In this document: positions 8,825 to 18,581 of the stretch, piece after piece | Position numbering within the stretch: position 1 is the stretch's first letter | Layout: each line of letters opens with the position of its first letter | NCBI GenBank assembly: GCA_031266775.1 | Contig: JAISAQ010000056.1 | Span: 34,655 to 98,654, forward strand | DNA length: 64,000 bases | Reading direction: 5' to 3' | Origin: Treponema sp. | GTDB lineage: Bacteria; Spirochaetota; Spirochaetia; Treponematales; Breznakiellaceae | Translations under genes and position numbers: made by a program | Notes under the pieces: generated by a model | Seen by the model: the letters and a program-made list of their open reading frames with translations, nothing else | What the model was told of the DNA's origin: nothing | Database searches by the model: none

Positions 8825-10027
8825 ATGAACGGAAACAATACTGTCCGTGAATTTCCCCGTTCCGCGCTGACCTACCTCCTTAAACCGGGGGAACTCATCC
8901 TCAAGGGAGGCAACCGGGAAGCCTTTGAGCGGGTGCTTAAAAGAAACCTTGTCCGGCTTTTGGGGAACTCGGGCCGGGCGGAAACATCGCCGGGCCGCTA
9001 CTATGTCCACTGCGGGGCGGAAACGGCTCCCGCCGTGGAAGACGCCCTCAATCACCTTATCGGCATATCGGGCTGGGCGCGGACAAGGATATGCCCGAAG
9101 ACGGCCGGGGCCGTCATGGCCGCCTGCGCGGCCGAGGGAAGGGAGCTTTTTGAACGGGGAATCCGTACCTTCAAAATAGAGGCCCGCAGGACGGACAAGA
9201 GCTTCCCCCTTGATTCCTACCGGATCTGCGCCGAAGGGGGAAACGCCGTCCTCGCGGAAACGCCGGGCTTTGCCGTGGACGTGAAAAAACCCGGAGCGAT
9301 CATTGAAGTCGAGATACGGGAAAACGCCTATGTGTACAGCCTCGCCAAACGGGGGCGGAGGGGCCTTCCTGTGGGCACATCGGGAAGAGGGCTTCTCCTC
9401 CTTTCGGGGGGCATCGATTCGCCTGTAGCCGGATACATGATGGCCTTTAGGGGCATGGGAATAGACGCGGTCTATTTTCACGCGTACCCCTACACCTCAG
9501 AAGACGCGCGGCGGAAGGTTGTGAGGCTCGCGGAAATTGTGGGACGCTATGCCATGGGGATACGGCTTTACACCGCGGGTTTTACCTGTGTCCAGAAGCG
9601 CATACGGGAACGCGCTCCCCTCCCCTGGACCACGGTGCTGCTCCGCATGGCCATGATGGAATACGCCGAAAGGCTTGCGGAGAGGACAGGCGCCCGGTGC
9701 CTTGTCACCGGGGAAAGCCTTTCGCAGGTGGCAAGCCAGACCATTGAAAACATACACTGCATACAGGGAAGGACGCGCCTCCCTGTACTGCGTCCCCTTA
9801 TCGGCATGGACAAGGAAGAGATCGTTAAAACGGCTTCCGCCATCGGTACGTATGAAACATCCATACTCCCCTATCAGGACTGCTGCGTCCTCTTCAGCCC
9901 TCCCCATCCTGTCCTGCGGGGAGATCCCGCCCAGGCGCGGAAACTCTATGAGGCACTTGATCTTGAGGCGCTCATGGAAGAGGCGCTGAAAGAAGGAACC
10001 ATGGAAAAATGCGGTTTTCCGTTTTGA
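8825..10027 (+). CDS. thiI: tRNA 4-thiouridine(8) synthase
   Basis: 400 aa with a THUMP-like N-terminus and the PP-loop LLLSGGIDSPVA. It sits directly behind the cysteine desulfurase. Confidence 0.9.
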   Translation: MNGNNTVREFPRSALTYLLKPGELILKGGNREAFERVLKRNLVRLLGNSGRAETSPGRYYVHCGAETAPAVEDALNHLIGISGWARTRICPKTAGAVMAACAAEGRELFERGIRTFKIEARRTDKSFPLDSYRICAEGGNAVLAETPGFAVDVKKPGAIIEVEIRENAYVYSLAKRGRRGLPVGTSGRGLLLLSGGIDSPVAGYMMAFRGMGIDAVYFHAYPYTSEDARRKVVRLAEIVGRYAMGIRLYTAGFTCVQKRIRERAPLPWTTVLLRMAMMEYAERLAERTGARCLVTGESLSQVASQTIENIHCIQGRTRLPVLRPLIGMDKEEIVKTASAIGTYETSILPYQDCCVLFSPPHPVLRGDPAQARKLYEALDLEALMEEALKEGTMEKCGFPF

Positions 10028-10048
10028 GCGGGCCGGGAAACGCCTGAG

Positions 10049-10465
10049 CTATTCCTGTTCCAAATCCTTTGCCTTGACATAGGCGGCCATGCGAAAGTCG
10101 TCGCCCTTGATATGGTTAAGGAGCCAGTCGCCGATGGCGGTGGTAACGGTGTTTACCATTTCCTCGCTCGGGCCTTCCTTTACAAGCCGCCTGGTCAGTT
10201 CCCCAACAGTCACCTTGAACTCATCGTGATAACGCTTGTGTATGAGGTAATCGGGGTAGTCGTATTTGATCTGGAGCTTTTCTTCATCGGCGAAATGCAT
10301 GATCGTGTAGCCTGTCAGAAAGTCCAGCGTTTTGAAGATCTCGTCGCTGCCCTTTCCGTTCCTTGACGCCTCGATGATAGCGTTGAGGGCGGCGACAAGC
10401 TGTTTATGCTGGTTGTCCACCTTGTCGTAACCTGTCTCCAGACTGCTGTCCCATTGATAAGCCAT
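10049..10465 (-). CDS. Hemerythrin-like metal-binding protein (bacteriohemerythrin)
   Basis: 138 aa. W....TG...VDNQHKQL, HFADEE, H.RYHDEF and LLNHIKGDD match the His/Glu/Asp iron-ligand pattern. Confidence 0.85.
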   Translation of the reverse strand: MAYQWDSSLETGYDKVDNQHKQLVAALNAIIEASRNGKGSDEIFKTLDFLTGYTIMHFADEEKLQIKYDYPDYLIHKRYHDEFKVTVGELTRRLVKEGPSEEMVNTVTTAIGDWLLNHIKGDDFRMAAYVKAKDLEQE

Positions 10466-10544
10466 ATCTTTCTCCTTAAAAAAACTTGACCGAACCGCCC
10501 TGAAACAGGGGATTCCAGACGGCCTCTTTATTCAAAGGGGGCCT

Positions 10545-12626
10545 TCATTCCATGGGCGGAAAATATATGATCCCGTCCCGCCCGGATCTTTCCATAAGAT
10601 ACACTTCCGTCTCGACCGGAAGGTACGCCCTGCCGAAATCCGTCGAAAGGGAAGTCTCGTAACCCAAAACATACGATCCGCTCGGAACCGACGCAAGGTC
10701 CCGCACAAGTTCCCCTATGCCTTCGGGCCTGTACAGGGAAAGGGCCTTTCCCCCCGTTTCCCGGCAGAGGTAGCGGATTTCCCCGGATGGATTTCCGCCG
10801 CCGACAACGACCGCGTTAAAGATGACGCCGTTATTCGCCATGTAGGCGGCAAGGGCGGAAAGGCCGTACCGTTCAAAGGCAAGTTCCCCCGGCGTTCCCG
10901 ATGTTATAAAGATTACGGCCCGCTTCTTTGCCCCGGCAAGCAGATCGGAGGCGGCAAGACGGAGCGCCAGATCAAAACGCCAGCGGGGGCCGTACGTTCC
11001 GGAACTTCCCCTCGCGGCGGCCTCAAGGCTGCGCGGGTTAAGCGGATCAAACCTTTCCCTTTGGGGCTGATCCCCGGCGGACACGAACGACAGTACGCGC
11101 TGGCCGGGGCCAAGGGCGGCGGCAATGTCCCGCGCCGCGGCGGCAATGTCGTCCCGCATCGAGGCGGTACGCTCCGAGCGCTCGGCAAGCACGGCTATAT
11201 CCGAAGCGGTTTGACGGTAACCGCTTTCAAGGAGCGCCTGTCCGGCCGCCTCGCGGCCCCCTTCGGTGACAAGGAAGTTGAGCGCCTGCAGCCCGGTCAC
11301 GGGACGGCGCAGCCTGTCTTCGACCCGCAGTTCCACCGTTATCCGGGGGAACTGTTCAACGGAAACCCGTTCTATCTGCACAAAAAGCCCCGACGCCATA
11401 TCGTCCAGCCGGGTCAGAATGGAAACCTCCCCGGCGTCGAAATTGGCCGCCAGCACATTGCCGTTCTGGTCCATGTCCGCGCCGGTTATGCGGACGCGGG
11501 AATTCCCCGCCGCCCCAAGTTCCCTTACAATGGCCGTATCCGTGTCGACAAGCAGAACACGGTTGGTATCCGCGGCGAGGAGCCTGCCGTCCTTGAGAAA
11601 ACGGAGGCTTTCGGGCCCCGAAAAGCCGTCCGCAAGATCCCCCGCGTAGCTTCCGTTCCGGTCAAAGACAACGATGCGTTTTAACGCCCCGTCGGCGACA
11701 TACACGCGGCCGCCGCGGACCGCGATGCCGGTAGGGGAAAGAAAACCCTGAAAAATTCCATCCCTTTTTCCGAAAGAAAAAACAAAGGCGCCTGAAGGAT
11801 CGAATTTCGAGATCCTCCTGTTGCCGTAATCAACCACGTAAAGGTAGCCTTCCTCGTCCACGGCAAGGTTCTGCGGGCCTATAAACTGGCCTTCTCCCCG
11901 GCCGCGCGTTCCTATGTAGGACTGCCATTCCCCCCGGCCGTTAAGGACGCTTACCCTGCCGCCCCGGTATTCGGAAAGGTACATACGATCCCCCGGCCCT
12001 TTTACAAGATCATAGGGCCGGTCAAAGCCGCCAAGAGGCCCGCGCGAACGGCCGTGTATTACGCCGTTGACATCCATGCGCACTATCTCGTTGCTCCCGT
12101 AGGCGACTATCCAGACCGAGCCGTCCTCCAGGGGAAGAACCGCCGTGGGCTGGCGGAAAAGGACCGTCCCGTCCGACACGCCCGGATACCGGCCCGATTC
12201 CACATAGCGGATACCGTCGTCTTCTACCGGAAGAAAAGAACGGCGGTTTGAGACGGTTTCTATCATGCTTCCCAAAAGCACGCCCGGCCCGGAACTCCAG
12301 CCATAGGCCTGGCCCGCGGCCCGCCAGTGCGAAAGGGCCGTCTCTTCCATGCCGGAGCGGTAATAGGAGCGTCCAAGCCATTCAAGGATCATGGCCTCTC
12401 CGGGCCTGTAGGACAGCGCCCGTTCAAAAGAAAGAACCGCCTCGTTAAAGGCGTAGCGGTTGTACGCCTGAATGCCAAGGCGGAATTCTTCACGGGCTTC
12501 AAGGGTATTTACGCCGGCGCCGGGTATGGGGGTTCTGTCTTCCACGCCGCCCTGCTGCGCGCGAAGAACGCCAAAGGCCGTGATAAAAAGCATGATGATG
12601 AGGATCTTTTTTTTCACCGCGGCCAT
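10545..12626 (-). CDS. Secreted TPR + NHL-repeat beta-propeller protein with a vWA-like C-terminal domain
   Basis: 693 aa. Signal peptide MAAVKKKILIIMLFITAFGVLRAQ, TPR-like helices, repeated NHL-type blades (P.G.AVD..G.LYV.D), and a C-terminal ...AVIFITSGTPGE... vWA-like segment. Confidence 0.6.
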   Translation of the reverse strand: MAAVKKKILIIMLFITAFGVLRAQQGGVEDRTPIPGAGVNTLEAREEFRLGIQAYNRYAFNEAVLSFERALSYRPGEAMILEWLGRSYYRSGMEETALSHWRAAGQAYGWSSGPGVLLGSMIETVSNRRSFLPVEDDGIRYVESGRYPGVSDGTVLFRQPTAVLPLEDGSVWIVAYGSNEIVRMDVNGVIHGRSRGPLGGFDRPYDLVKGPGDRMYLSEYRGGRVSVLNGRGEWQSYIGTRGRGEGQFIGPQNLAVDEEGYLYVVDYGNRRISKFDPSGAFVFSFGKRDGIFQGFLSPTGIAVRGGRVYVADGALKRIVVFDRNGSYAGDLADGFSGPESLRFLKDGRLLAADTNRVLLVDTDTAIVRELGAAGNSRVRITGADMDQNGNVLAANFDAGEVSILTRLDDMASGLFVQIERVSVEQFPRITVELRVEDRLRRPVTGLQALNFLVTEGGREAAGQALLESGYRQTASDIAVLAERSERTASMRDDIAAAARDIAAALGPGQRVLSFVSAGDQPQRERFDPLNPRSLEAAARGSSGTYGPRWRFDLALRLAASDLLAGAKKRAVIFITSGTPGELAFERYGLSALAAYMANNGVIFNAVVVGGGNPSGEIRYLCRETGGKALSLYRPEGIGELVRDLASVPSGSYVLGYETSLSTDFGRAYLPVETEVYLMERSGRDGIIYFPPME

Positions 12627-13303
12627 TATTCCTCCCCGGTAACGAACCTGAAATGTTCCCGTATCGTTTTTTCCTGGGGGGCAAGATCCATGGCGCGCCT
12701 GAGCCAGGTACGGGCTTCAAGAAGTTCCCCGTTTCTAAAATAGGCCCAGCCCAGGGAATCAAGGTACGCGGGATTCTGGGGCCTGCTGTCCACCGCCCGC
12801 CGGCAGAGGCGCAGCCCCCGGATAAGATCCGTATCGGTATCAACGAGTATGTACCCAAGGCCGTTCATCGCGGTGGTGTTGGTTTCGTCCAGATCCAGGG
12901 CTTTTTCGTACAGATCAACGGCGTTTTTGTAGTTCTTCTGTGACCAGGCGGCGTAAGCCAGCGTCGTGTACAGCTGAACGGACTCAAAACCGGAGCCCCG
13001 AAGCCGTTTTAGCTCGAATTCCGCCAATTTCGAGCGTTTGGTAATCACATAAATATAGGCCAGCGTCATCCGGCACTGGTAAACCCTCAGGACATCCCGG
13101 CCGGATGTCACCACCTGTTCAAGGTAGAGAAGGGCGTCGTCGTAACGGCTCAGTTTGGTGTAACAGAGCCCCAGATAATAGGCCAGCTCCGTGTTTTCTT
13201 CCCCGGAAAATTTTTCGGCGTTAACCTGCAGCAGTTCCCGCAGGGCAAGGTCCCAGCGCTTCATGCGAAAAAGCCGCTTCCCCTCTTCCATGTTGCCCGC
13301 CAT
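12626..13303 (-). CDS. TPR-repeat protein
   Basis: Track ORF 12626..13357. I prefer the ATG at 13303 (MAGNMEEGKRLF...), 10 nt after the upstream stop. Several canonical TPR units are present (A.YYLG.CY..L..YDDAL.YLE). The stop overlaps the next gene's start. Confidence 0.65.
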   Translation of the reverse strand: MAGNMEEGKRLFRMKRWDLALRELLQVNAEKFSGEENTELAYYLGLCYTKLSRYDDALLYLEQVVTSGRDVLRVYQCRMTLAYIYVITKRSKLAEFELKRLRGSGFESVQLYTTLAYAAWSQKNYKNAVDLYEKALDLDETNTTAMNGLGYILVDTDTDLIRGLRLCRRAVDSRPQNPAYLDSLGWAYFRNGELLEARTWLRRAMDLAPQEKTIREHFRFVTGEE

Positions 13304-13313
13304 CAGGTTCCGC

Positions 13314-14549
13314 TCAGCCGTGAACGATGCGTACCCCGGTAGCGGGGCGCACCTCATAAATCACCGGATGAAAGCCGAAGATCCGTTCGTAATCTTCAAG
13401 CCTTTTTTTGTACTCTTCCACGGCGTTTTCCCTGAGTATGGTATAGGTACAGCCGCCGAACCCCTGCCCCGTCATGCGCGATCCCAAAACTCCCTCTATT
13501 TCCTGCGCCCTTTTGACAAGCCAGTCCACTTCGGGGCAGGACACTTCGTAGAGATCCCGGAGGCTTTCGTGGGAATGGGTGATAATACGGGAAAACGCGG
13601 GAAGATCCGGCTCCCGCAGCGCCGTTTCGGCGCCGGCGATCCGCTGTATTTCCTCCACAACATGCATGCTCCGCCGCCTTATCTCCTCAGGCAGGTTGCC
13701 CATGGAATCGACCAGATCCTCGGCGGCAAAATCCCGGAAACTGGCCCCTTCCCTGCCGCGGGAAAGAAGATCAAGCCCCTTTTTTATGTCGTCACGGCGC
13801 TGTTTTAACTCCTCTTCCACTCCCATGCGGGGCACCCGGGAATCCATGACAAGGATGCGGTATTTTGAAAGGGGCGATTTGATCTTTTTTACTTCCAGCG
13901 TGGCTTCGTCAATGACAAGAAACTGATCTTTTCTGGCCGAAAAAACGGCAAGATAGTCTACAGGGGAACTCTTCCCGAAAAAAAGCTCCCGCGATGAGGC
14001 AAGCGCCCCGACAAGATCGCGGTCGTTGATATTCGCCTGAAAAAATCCCCGGAGCGCCGCCGCCGCCGCCGCTTCTATGGCGGACGAGGAGGCCAGCCCC
14101 ACCTGCTGGGGAACGGTGCCCGAAAGGGTAAAATTGAGCCCCTTAACAGGACATCCCAGCCCGGCGAAAACATGAATGGCGACTTTGATAAAGTTCGCCC
14201 ACCGGTCTTCCCGTTTGTATTTAAGGTTGATGAGGGTAGTCCGTTTACGTTCCCCCAGATCCGCCGCGTAAAAACGTATGGAATTGTCCTTTCTAAGGCT
14301 CACCGCCACACGGACCGTCCGGTCTATGGCGGAAGAAAGGTAGAGCCCGGCCCCCGGTTCACCGTGTTCGCCAAGAAAATGTATCCTGCCGGGAGCCTCG
14401 GCGATAACAACGGCGCACGGGTCCTCCAGGGGCCGGGAGGCGGCCGGCTGCCCTGATTTCTTTTCGGCGGCCCCCCCGGCATTGTCCGGCCGGGATCGGT
14501 CGTCGTCTATTTCATACTCCTTTCGGTGAACAAGACCGATATCCAGCAT
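13314..14549 (-). CDS. GHMP kinase of the galactokinase family (atypical signature)
   Basis: 411 aa. Has APGRIHFLGEHGEP where GalK has GEHTDY. Also has the GHMP motif PQQVGLASSSAIEAAAA and the C-terminal GQGFGGC motif. Confidence 0.7.
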   Translation of the reverse strand: MLDIGLVHRKEYEIDDDRSRPDNAGGAAEKKSGQPAASRPLEDPCAVVIAEAPGRIHFLGEHGEPGAGLYLSSAIDRTVRVAVSLRKDNSIRFYAADLGERKRTTLINLKYKREDRWANFIKVAIHVFAGLGCPVKGLNFTLSGTVPQQVGLASSSAIEAAAAAALRGFFQANINDRDLVGALASSRELFFGKSSPVDYLAVFSARKDQFLVIDEATLEVKKIKSPLSKYRILVMDSRVPRMGVEEELKQRRDDIKKGLDLLSRGREGASFRDFAAEDLVDSMGNLPEEIRRRSMHVVEEIQRIAGAETALREPDLPAFSRIITHSHESLRDLYEVSCPEVDWLVKRAQEIEGVLGSRMTGQGFGGCTYTILRENAVEEYKKRLEDYERIFGFHPVIYEVRPATGVRIVHG

Positions 14550-14582
14550 TTATGTATGACCTCGCATGATTGTACTGGTTCC

Positions 14583-14611
14583 ATTGTACCTGAAAACGCC
14601 GTGTTGTTCAA
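14583..14611 (-). promoter_or_regulatory. Sigma70-like promoter upstream of the GHMP-kinase operon
   Basis: On the minus strand: TTGAAC (14611-14606), 17 nt, TACAAT (14588-14583). Confidence 0.4.
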
Positions 14612-14656
14612 TAAAAATGAGTATGATAAATGGTTTTCACGCAAAAACACCGCCGT

Positions 14657-15262
14657 TCAGTTCCGCAGTATGTTCCTCGCGGCGGATATTACGGGGACAA
14701 CAAGGACAGCCGGAAGCAGGGCGGCTCCCAAAAGGACATGCTGGGAGAAAAAAGCCCAGTAAACCGTCGCCGCCAAAAGAGGCAGTGCCAGCGCGGCCAG
14801 CACGGAGAAGACAACTGCGGCCGCGCGGCCGTTTAGAATAAAGCCGGTAAAAAACGGAATGCCGGAGGCCAAAGATGTCCACAGAAGCGGAACCAGCACC
14901 AGAAGGACGGGGTTTCTTCCCGCGCTCCAGCCAACCGCCCGCATGGCCCCGGCCGGGATAAGCCACAGGAGTACAAAATTGGCGCTCCCGGTCCCGGCCC
15001 TGAAAATTCCCGCGGCGGCAAACAGAAAATACACCGCAAGCGGAAACAGAACCGGAACGCTTACAATGTCCACAAAACCGCTCAGCCAGCGGGAAAACCC
15101 GAAACCGCCGGGCGTAATAAAGGAGCCCAGAAAAAACCGCGAAACGGCGGCGACGCTCCCCAGAAACAGGGCCCAAACGCCGCCGGAACTTTCGTCCCCG
15201 GGAGAGGTGGAACGGTAGAAGAGGTAAAAGAGAAGCATCCAGAAAAAACAGAAAAAATTCAT
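14657..15262 (-). CDS. Hypothetical polytopic membrane protein
   Basis: 201 aa with about 6 hydrophobic helices. I recognise no family. Confidence 0.5.
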   Translation of the reverse strand: MNFFCFFWMLLFYLFYRSTSPGDESSGGVWALFLGSVAAVSRFFLGSFITPGGFGFSRWLSGFVDIVSVPVLFPLAVYFLFAAAGIFRAGTGSANFVLLWLIPAGAMRAVGWSAGRNPVLLVLVPLLWTSLASGIPFFTGFILNGRAAAVVFSVLAALALPLLAATVYWAFFSQHVLLGAALLPAVLVVPVISAARNILRN

Positions 15263-15357
15263 GAAAGTATCCTACTAGTCTAAAGGGCGGCCCTGCAAGG
15301 GCCCCGCGGGACCGGCGCGCATACTTAAGGCGGGGCGTTAAAAAAACGAATCCCCAC

Positions 15358-15387
15358 TGGACAAAAAGACCCCTTTATTGATATACT
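15358..15387 (+). promoter_or_regulatory. Sigma70-like promoter for infC-rpmI-rplT
   Basis: TGGACA (15358-15363), 18 nt, TATACT (15382-15387). This leaves a leader of about 70 nt before the infC start. Confidence 0.35.
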
Positions 15388-15460
15388 TTCCGCATAAGCT
15401 CGCGGCGCCATACGTTAACCGGAAACTGCGGCTGCCGGGTGGAAGCCATGAGGAGGTCAG

Positions 15461-15973
15461 TTGTCGGATAAGGATTTACGAATCAACGGGGAAATTCGGG
15501 TGCGGGAGATCCGTCTCATAAGGGATGAGGGGGAACAGGGTGTCATGAGCACCTCCAGGGCGCTTGAAATTGCCAGGGAGCAGGGGCTCGATCTTGTGGA
15601 AGTCGCCCCGCAGGCGGTTCCCCCTGTATGCAAGATCATGGATTACGGCAAGTTCAAGTTTGAAAATGAGAAAAAAGTCCGGGATTCAAAAAAGAAACAA
15701 AAGCTGCTGAAACTTAAGGAAATCCGCATGCAGCCAAAGATAGATGAACATGATCTGGATTTCAAGTCGAAGCATATCAGGGATTTTTTGGGCGAAGGCA
15801 ACAAGGTCAAGGTAACGATCCGGTTCAGGGGCCGGGAACTTGCCCATACGGAACTGGGGGCGGATGTCCTCAAGGATGTTCTTGCCAGGATAGAAGGGGA
15901 CTATGTCATGGACAAGGCTCCGGCAATGGAAGGCCGTTTCATGTCCATGGTGTTAAGCCCGAAGAAAAAATAG
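15461..15973 (+). CDS. infC: Translation initiation factor IF-3
   Basis: 170 aa: ...[20 protein letters not shown]... plus a conserved C-domain. The start is TTG at 15461, 4 nt after GAGGAGG. There is no in-frame ATG upstream. Confidence 0.9.
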   Translation: MSDKDLRINGEIRVREIRLIRDEGEQGVMSTSRALEIAREQGLDLVEVAPQAVPPVCKIMDYGKFKFENEKKVRDSKKKQKLLKLKEIRMQPKIDEHDLDFKSKHIRDFLGEGNKVKVTIRFRGRELAHTELGADVLKDVLARIEGDYVMDKAPAMEGRFMSMVLSPKKK

Positions 15974-16012
15974 CCGGGTCATTCCGGAAGATCACAGATA
16001 CGGAGCGGCACT

Positions 16013-16213
16013 ATGCCAAAGATGAAAACCAAAAAGAGCGCGGCAAAGCGTTATTCATTTACGGGAACCGGAAAGGTCAAGTACAAGAAGCAGAACCTTC
16101 GCCACATCCTGACCAAAAAATCCACCAAACGGAAACGGGGTCTCCGTCACAGCGGTATTTTATCCGGCGATAATGTACCAGTCATCAGAAAACGCCTCCT
16201 TCCCTACGGGTAA
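16013..16213 (+). CDS. rpmI: 50S ribosomal protein L35
   Basis: 66 aa: [21 protein letters not shown]. Confidence 0.95.
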   Translation: MPKMKTKKSAAKRYSFTGTGKVKYKKQNLRHILTKKSTKRKRGLRHSGILSGDNVPVIRKRLLPYG

Positions 16214-16234
16214 GGGGCGGACGAGGAGCGGACT

Positions 16235-16612
16235 ATGTCACGAGCGGTAGACGGTTCAAAACGGAAGAACCACAGAAAAAAGATTCTTAAGCTGGCCAAG
16301 GGTTACTGGGGGCGGAGGCACTCGAATTACAAAACCGCCAAGGACGCGGTGACAAAGGGGCTTTTCTACGCATACCGGGACAGGCGTGACCGGAAGGGTG
16401 ATTTCAGGCGGATCTGGATCATCAGGATCAACGCCGCCTGCCGGGCGGAAGGAATGTCCTATTCGCGGTTCGTGGACGGCCTTAACAAGGCGGGTGTAGA
16501 AATCAACAGGAAAACCCTGTCGAACATGGCGGTGGAAGATCCCGCGGCCTTCAGGGCGGTTGTGGCCCGTGTCAAGTCCGCCCTGGAAAATCCCGCTTCC
16601 CGCGGAGCCTGA
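16235..16612 (+). CDS. rplT: 50S ribosomal protein L20
   Basis: 125 aa: ...[15 protein letters not shown]...[21 protein letters not shown]. Confidence 0.95.
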   Translation: MSRAVDGSKRKNHRKKILKLAKGYWGRRHSNYKTAKDAVTKGLFYAYRDRRDRKGDFRRIWIIRINAACRAEGMSYSRFVDGLNKAGVEINRKTLSNMAVEDPAAFRAVVARVKSALENPASRGA

Positions 16613-16615
16613 TTC

Positions 16616-17050
16616 ATGGTTACTCTGGATCAGGTTAAACTGCTGGAGACCAAGGTCGAAAAGGCCATAGGGTATGTCGAGAAGGTAAGCGGTGAAAATA
16701 CCGAACTGAGGGAACGTCTTGAATCCTATCAGAAACGTATTGACGAACTTGAGGTACTGGTGCAGACATTCAGGGAAGATCAGAGCCGCATCGAAGACGG
16801 CATCCTTTCCACCCTTGACAGGCTCAACCAGTTCGAGGACGCCATAGAACGGAGTCTCGGCATCAAAAACCGGGACAAGAAAGGCCCGAAGGCGGCCGCG
16901 CCTTCCCCGGCGGGGAACGTCCCCGATATAGACGCGGGCGGCGGGGCGGCGGCCGAGTCTAACGAGGGCGCGTCCAATGGCGGCGTGCCTGACGGCGGCG
17001 CGCCCGGGGACGGCGCGTCTGGAGACGGCGGGGACCTGGATATTTTTTAA
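16616..17050 (+). CDS. ZapB-like coiled-coil cell-division protein with a Gly/Asp/Pro-rich tail
   Basis: 144 aa. The N-terminal 80 aa are a heptad coiled coil (LDQVKLLETKVEKAIGYVEKV..EN.ELRERLESYQKRIDELE). It sits immediately before zapA. Confidence 0.55.
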   Translation: MVTLDQVKLLETKVEKAIGYVEKVSGENTELRERLESYQKRIDELEVLVQTFREDQSRIEDGILSTLDRLNQFEDAIERSLGIKNRDKKGPKAAAPSPAGNVPDIDAGGGAAAESNEGASNGGVPDGGAPGDGASGDGGDLDIF

Positions 17051-17054
17051 AGAT

Positions 17055-17339
17055 ATGCCGAAAAGCGATCTCCGTCTGGATATTCTGGGAACTTCCTTTT
17101 CCATCACGGCGGATGAGGATCAGGCGTATCTTGAAGAGATCCTCGCCCAATACGGCGCGGCGCTTGAACGCACACAGGAACAGACAGGGCTCACCAATCC
17201 GCTGAAGCTTGCCATACTCACCGGCTACCTTTTAAGCGACGAAGTCTACAAACTCAAAAACCGGAACGGGCACGAGGCCGAAGAACTCACCCTGGATCTT
17301 ATCGCCCGGATAGACGAGGCGCTGGAAAACAGGTCGTAG
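17055..17339 (+). CDS. zapA: Cell division protein ZapA
   Basis: Track ORF 16977..17339. I prefer the ATG at 17055 (MPKSDLRLDILGTSFSITADEDQAYLEEI...), which gives a typical ZapA N-terminus and removes the overlap with the preceding gene. Confidence 0.7.
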   Translation: MPKSDLRLDILGTSFSITADEDQAYLEEILAQYGAALERTQEQTGLTNPLKLAILTGYLLSDEVYKLKNRNGHEAEELTLDLIARIDEALENRS

Positions 17340-17351
17340 GCGCCGCGCGTC

Positions 17352-18566
17352 ATGCTGTACAGACTGCGGAATACCGTTAAACATTATGACTGGGGATCGC
17401 CTGATTACATCCCCCGGCTTCTGGGGCTAGTCAACAACGCGGGGGAGCCTTGGGCGGAGTTGTGGATGGGTGTACATCCCTCGGGTCCTTCGCGGGTCCT
17501 TCGGGGGGAAGAAGAGACGCCGCTGGCGGAACTCATAGCGGAAGACCCGGCGCTGTACCTCGGCGGGGAAGCGGCCGAACGTTTCGGAGGGCTTCCCTTT
17601 CTTTTCAAGCTGCTCGCCGCGGGAAAACCGCTTTCCATTCAAGCACATCCGAATCTTGAGCAGGCAAGGGAAGGCTTCAAAAGGGAAAACGAGGCGGGCA
17701 TACCCCTGGACGCGGCGAACCGTAATTACAGGGATTCCAATCACAAACCGGAAATCGTATGCGCCATTACCCCCTTTACCGCCCTGTGCGGTTTCAGGGA
17801 GCCGGACGAGATTAAAGAGCTCTTCGGCGCCGTTCTTGGGCCCGCGCCCCGCCGTCTCAGGGACAATCTTGGGCCCCTGGAAGAAGCGCTGGCGCTCCCC
17901 GTTCCCCGGCAAGCCCTGCGATCTTTCCTTGCCGCCCTTTTTGCCCTTCCTCCCGGAGCGGCGGGAGAACTGTGTTCTTTCCTTGCCGGCCCGGGCGGGG
18001 CAGGGCCTCCGGCCGGCGGAACGGCCGGTTCCGCCGCGCGGGCGGCCAGAGCGCAGGCCGCCCGGTTCGCGGCGCTGTACCCAGGCGATCCTTCGGTTAT
18101 CGCCCCCCTCTACCTCAACCTCATCACGCTCAGGCCGGGCGAGGCGATCTTCCTTCCCGCCGGCGTTCTTCACGCCTATATAGAGGGCTTTGCCGTGGAA
18201 CTCATGGCCAACTCGGACAACGTCCTTAGGGGGGGACTGACGGGTAAACACATCGACGTGCCCGAACTCATGCGGGTCCTCGATTTTTCACCGGGAAAAC
18301 TCCGAATCCTCACGGCAGATCCCCTTTCCGGCCTTTACGCCTCCCCCTGCCTGGAATTTTCCCTCAGGATGCTCCGGGGAGAAGGCGGAAAAGGGCGCCG
18401 CGCCGAAGAAGGCCCGTCCATTACGGTGGTAACGGAAGGGGCCCCGCGGCTTTTTTCCGGGGAAATTCTTCCGGGGGGAAACTCGGTCTTCATTCCGGCG
18501 GGAAACACGGCGGGCCTTGAAGGGGATTTTACCGCCTTCGCGGCGTCAATTCCGGCTCCGGCATAG
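17352..18566 (+). CDS. manA: Mannose-6-phosphate isomerase, class I
   Basis: 404 aa. Motifs: N.VKHYDWGS, ELWMG.HP, LSIQAHP, and H.Y..G..VELMANSDNVLRGGLT. Confidence 0.85.
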   Translation: MLYRLRNTVKHYDWGSPDYIPRLLGLVNNAGEPWAELWMGVHPSGPSRVLRGEEETPLAELIAEDPALYLGGEAAERFGGLPFLFKLLAAGKPLSIQAHPNLEQAREGFKRENEAGIPLDAANRNYRDSNHKPEIVCAITPFTALCGFREPDEIKELFGAVLGPAPRRLRDNLGPLEEALALPVPRQALRSFLAALFALPPGAAGELCSFLAGPGGAGPPAGGTAGSAARAARAQAARFAALYPGDPSVIAPLYLNLITLRPGEAIFLPAGVLHAYIEGFAVELMANSDNVLRGGLTGKHIDVPELMRVLDFSPGKLRILTADPLSGLYASPCLEFSLRMLRGEGGKGRRAEEGPSITVVTEGAPRLFSGEILPGGNSVFIPAGNTAGLEGDFTAFAASIPAPA

Positions 18567-18581
18567 GAGCGGACACGAATA

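Noticed and set aside
15289-15303. A GC hairpin GGCCCT-GCA-AGGGCC upstream of the infC promoter.
   Set aside because: There is no T-tract on either strand, and it lies upstream of a divergent gene's start. That is not enough to call a terminator or regulatory site.
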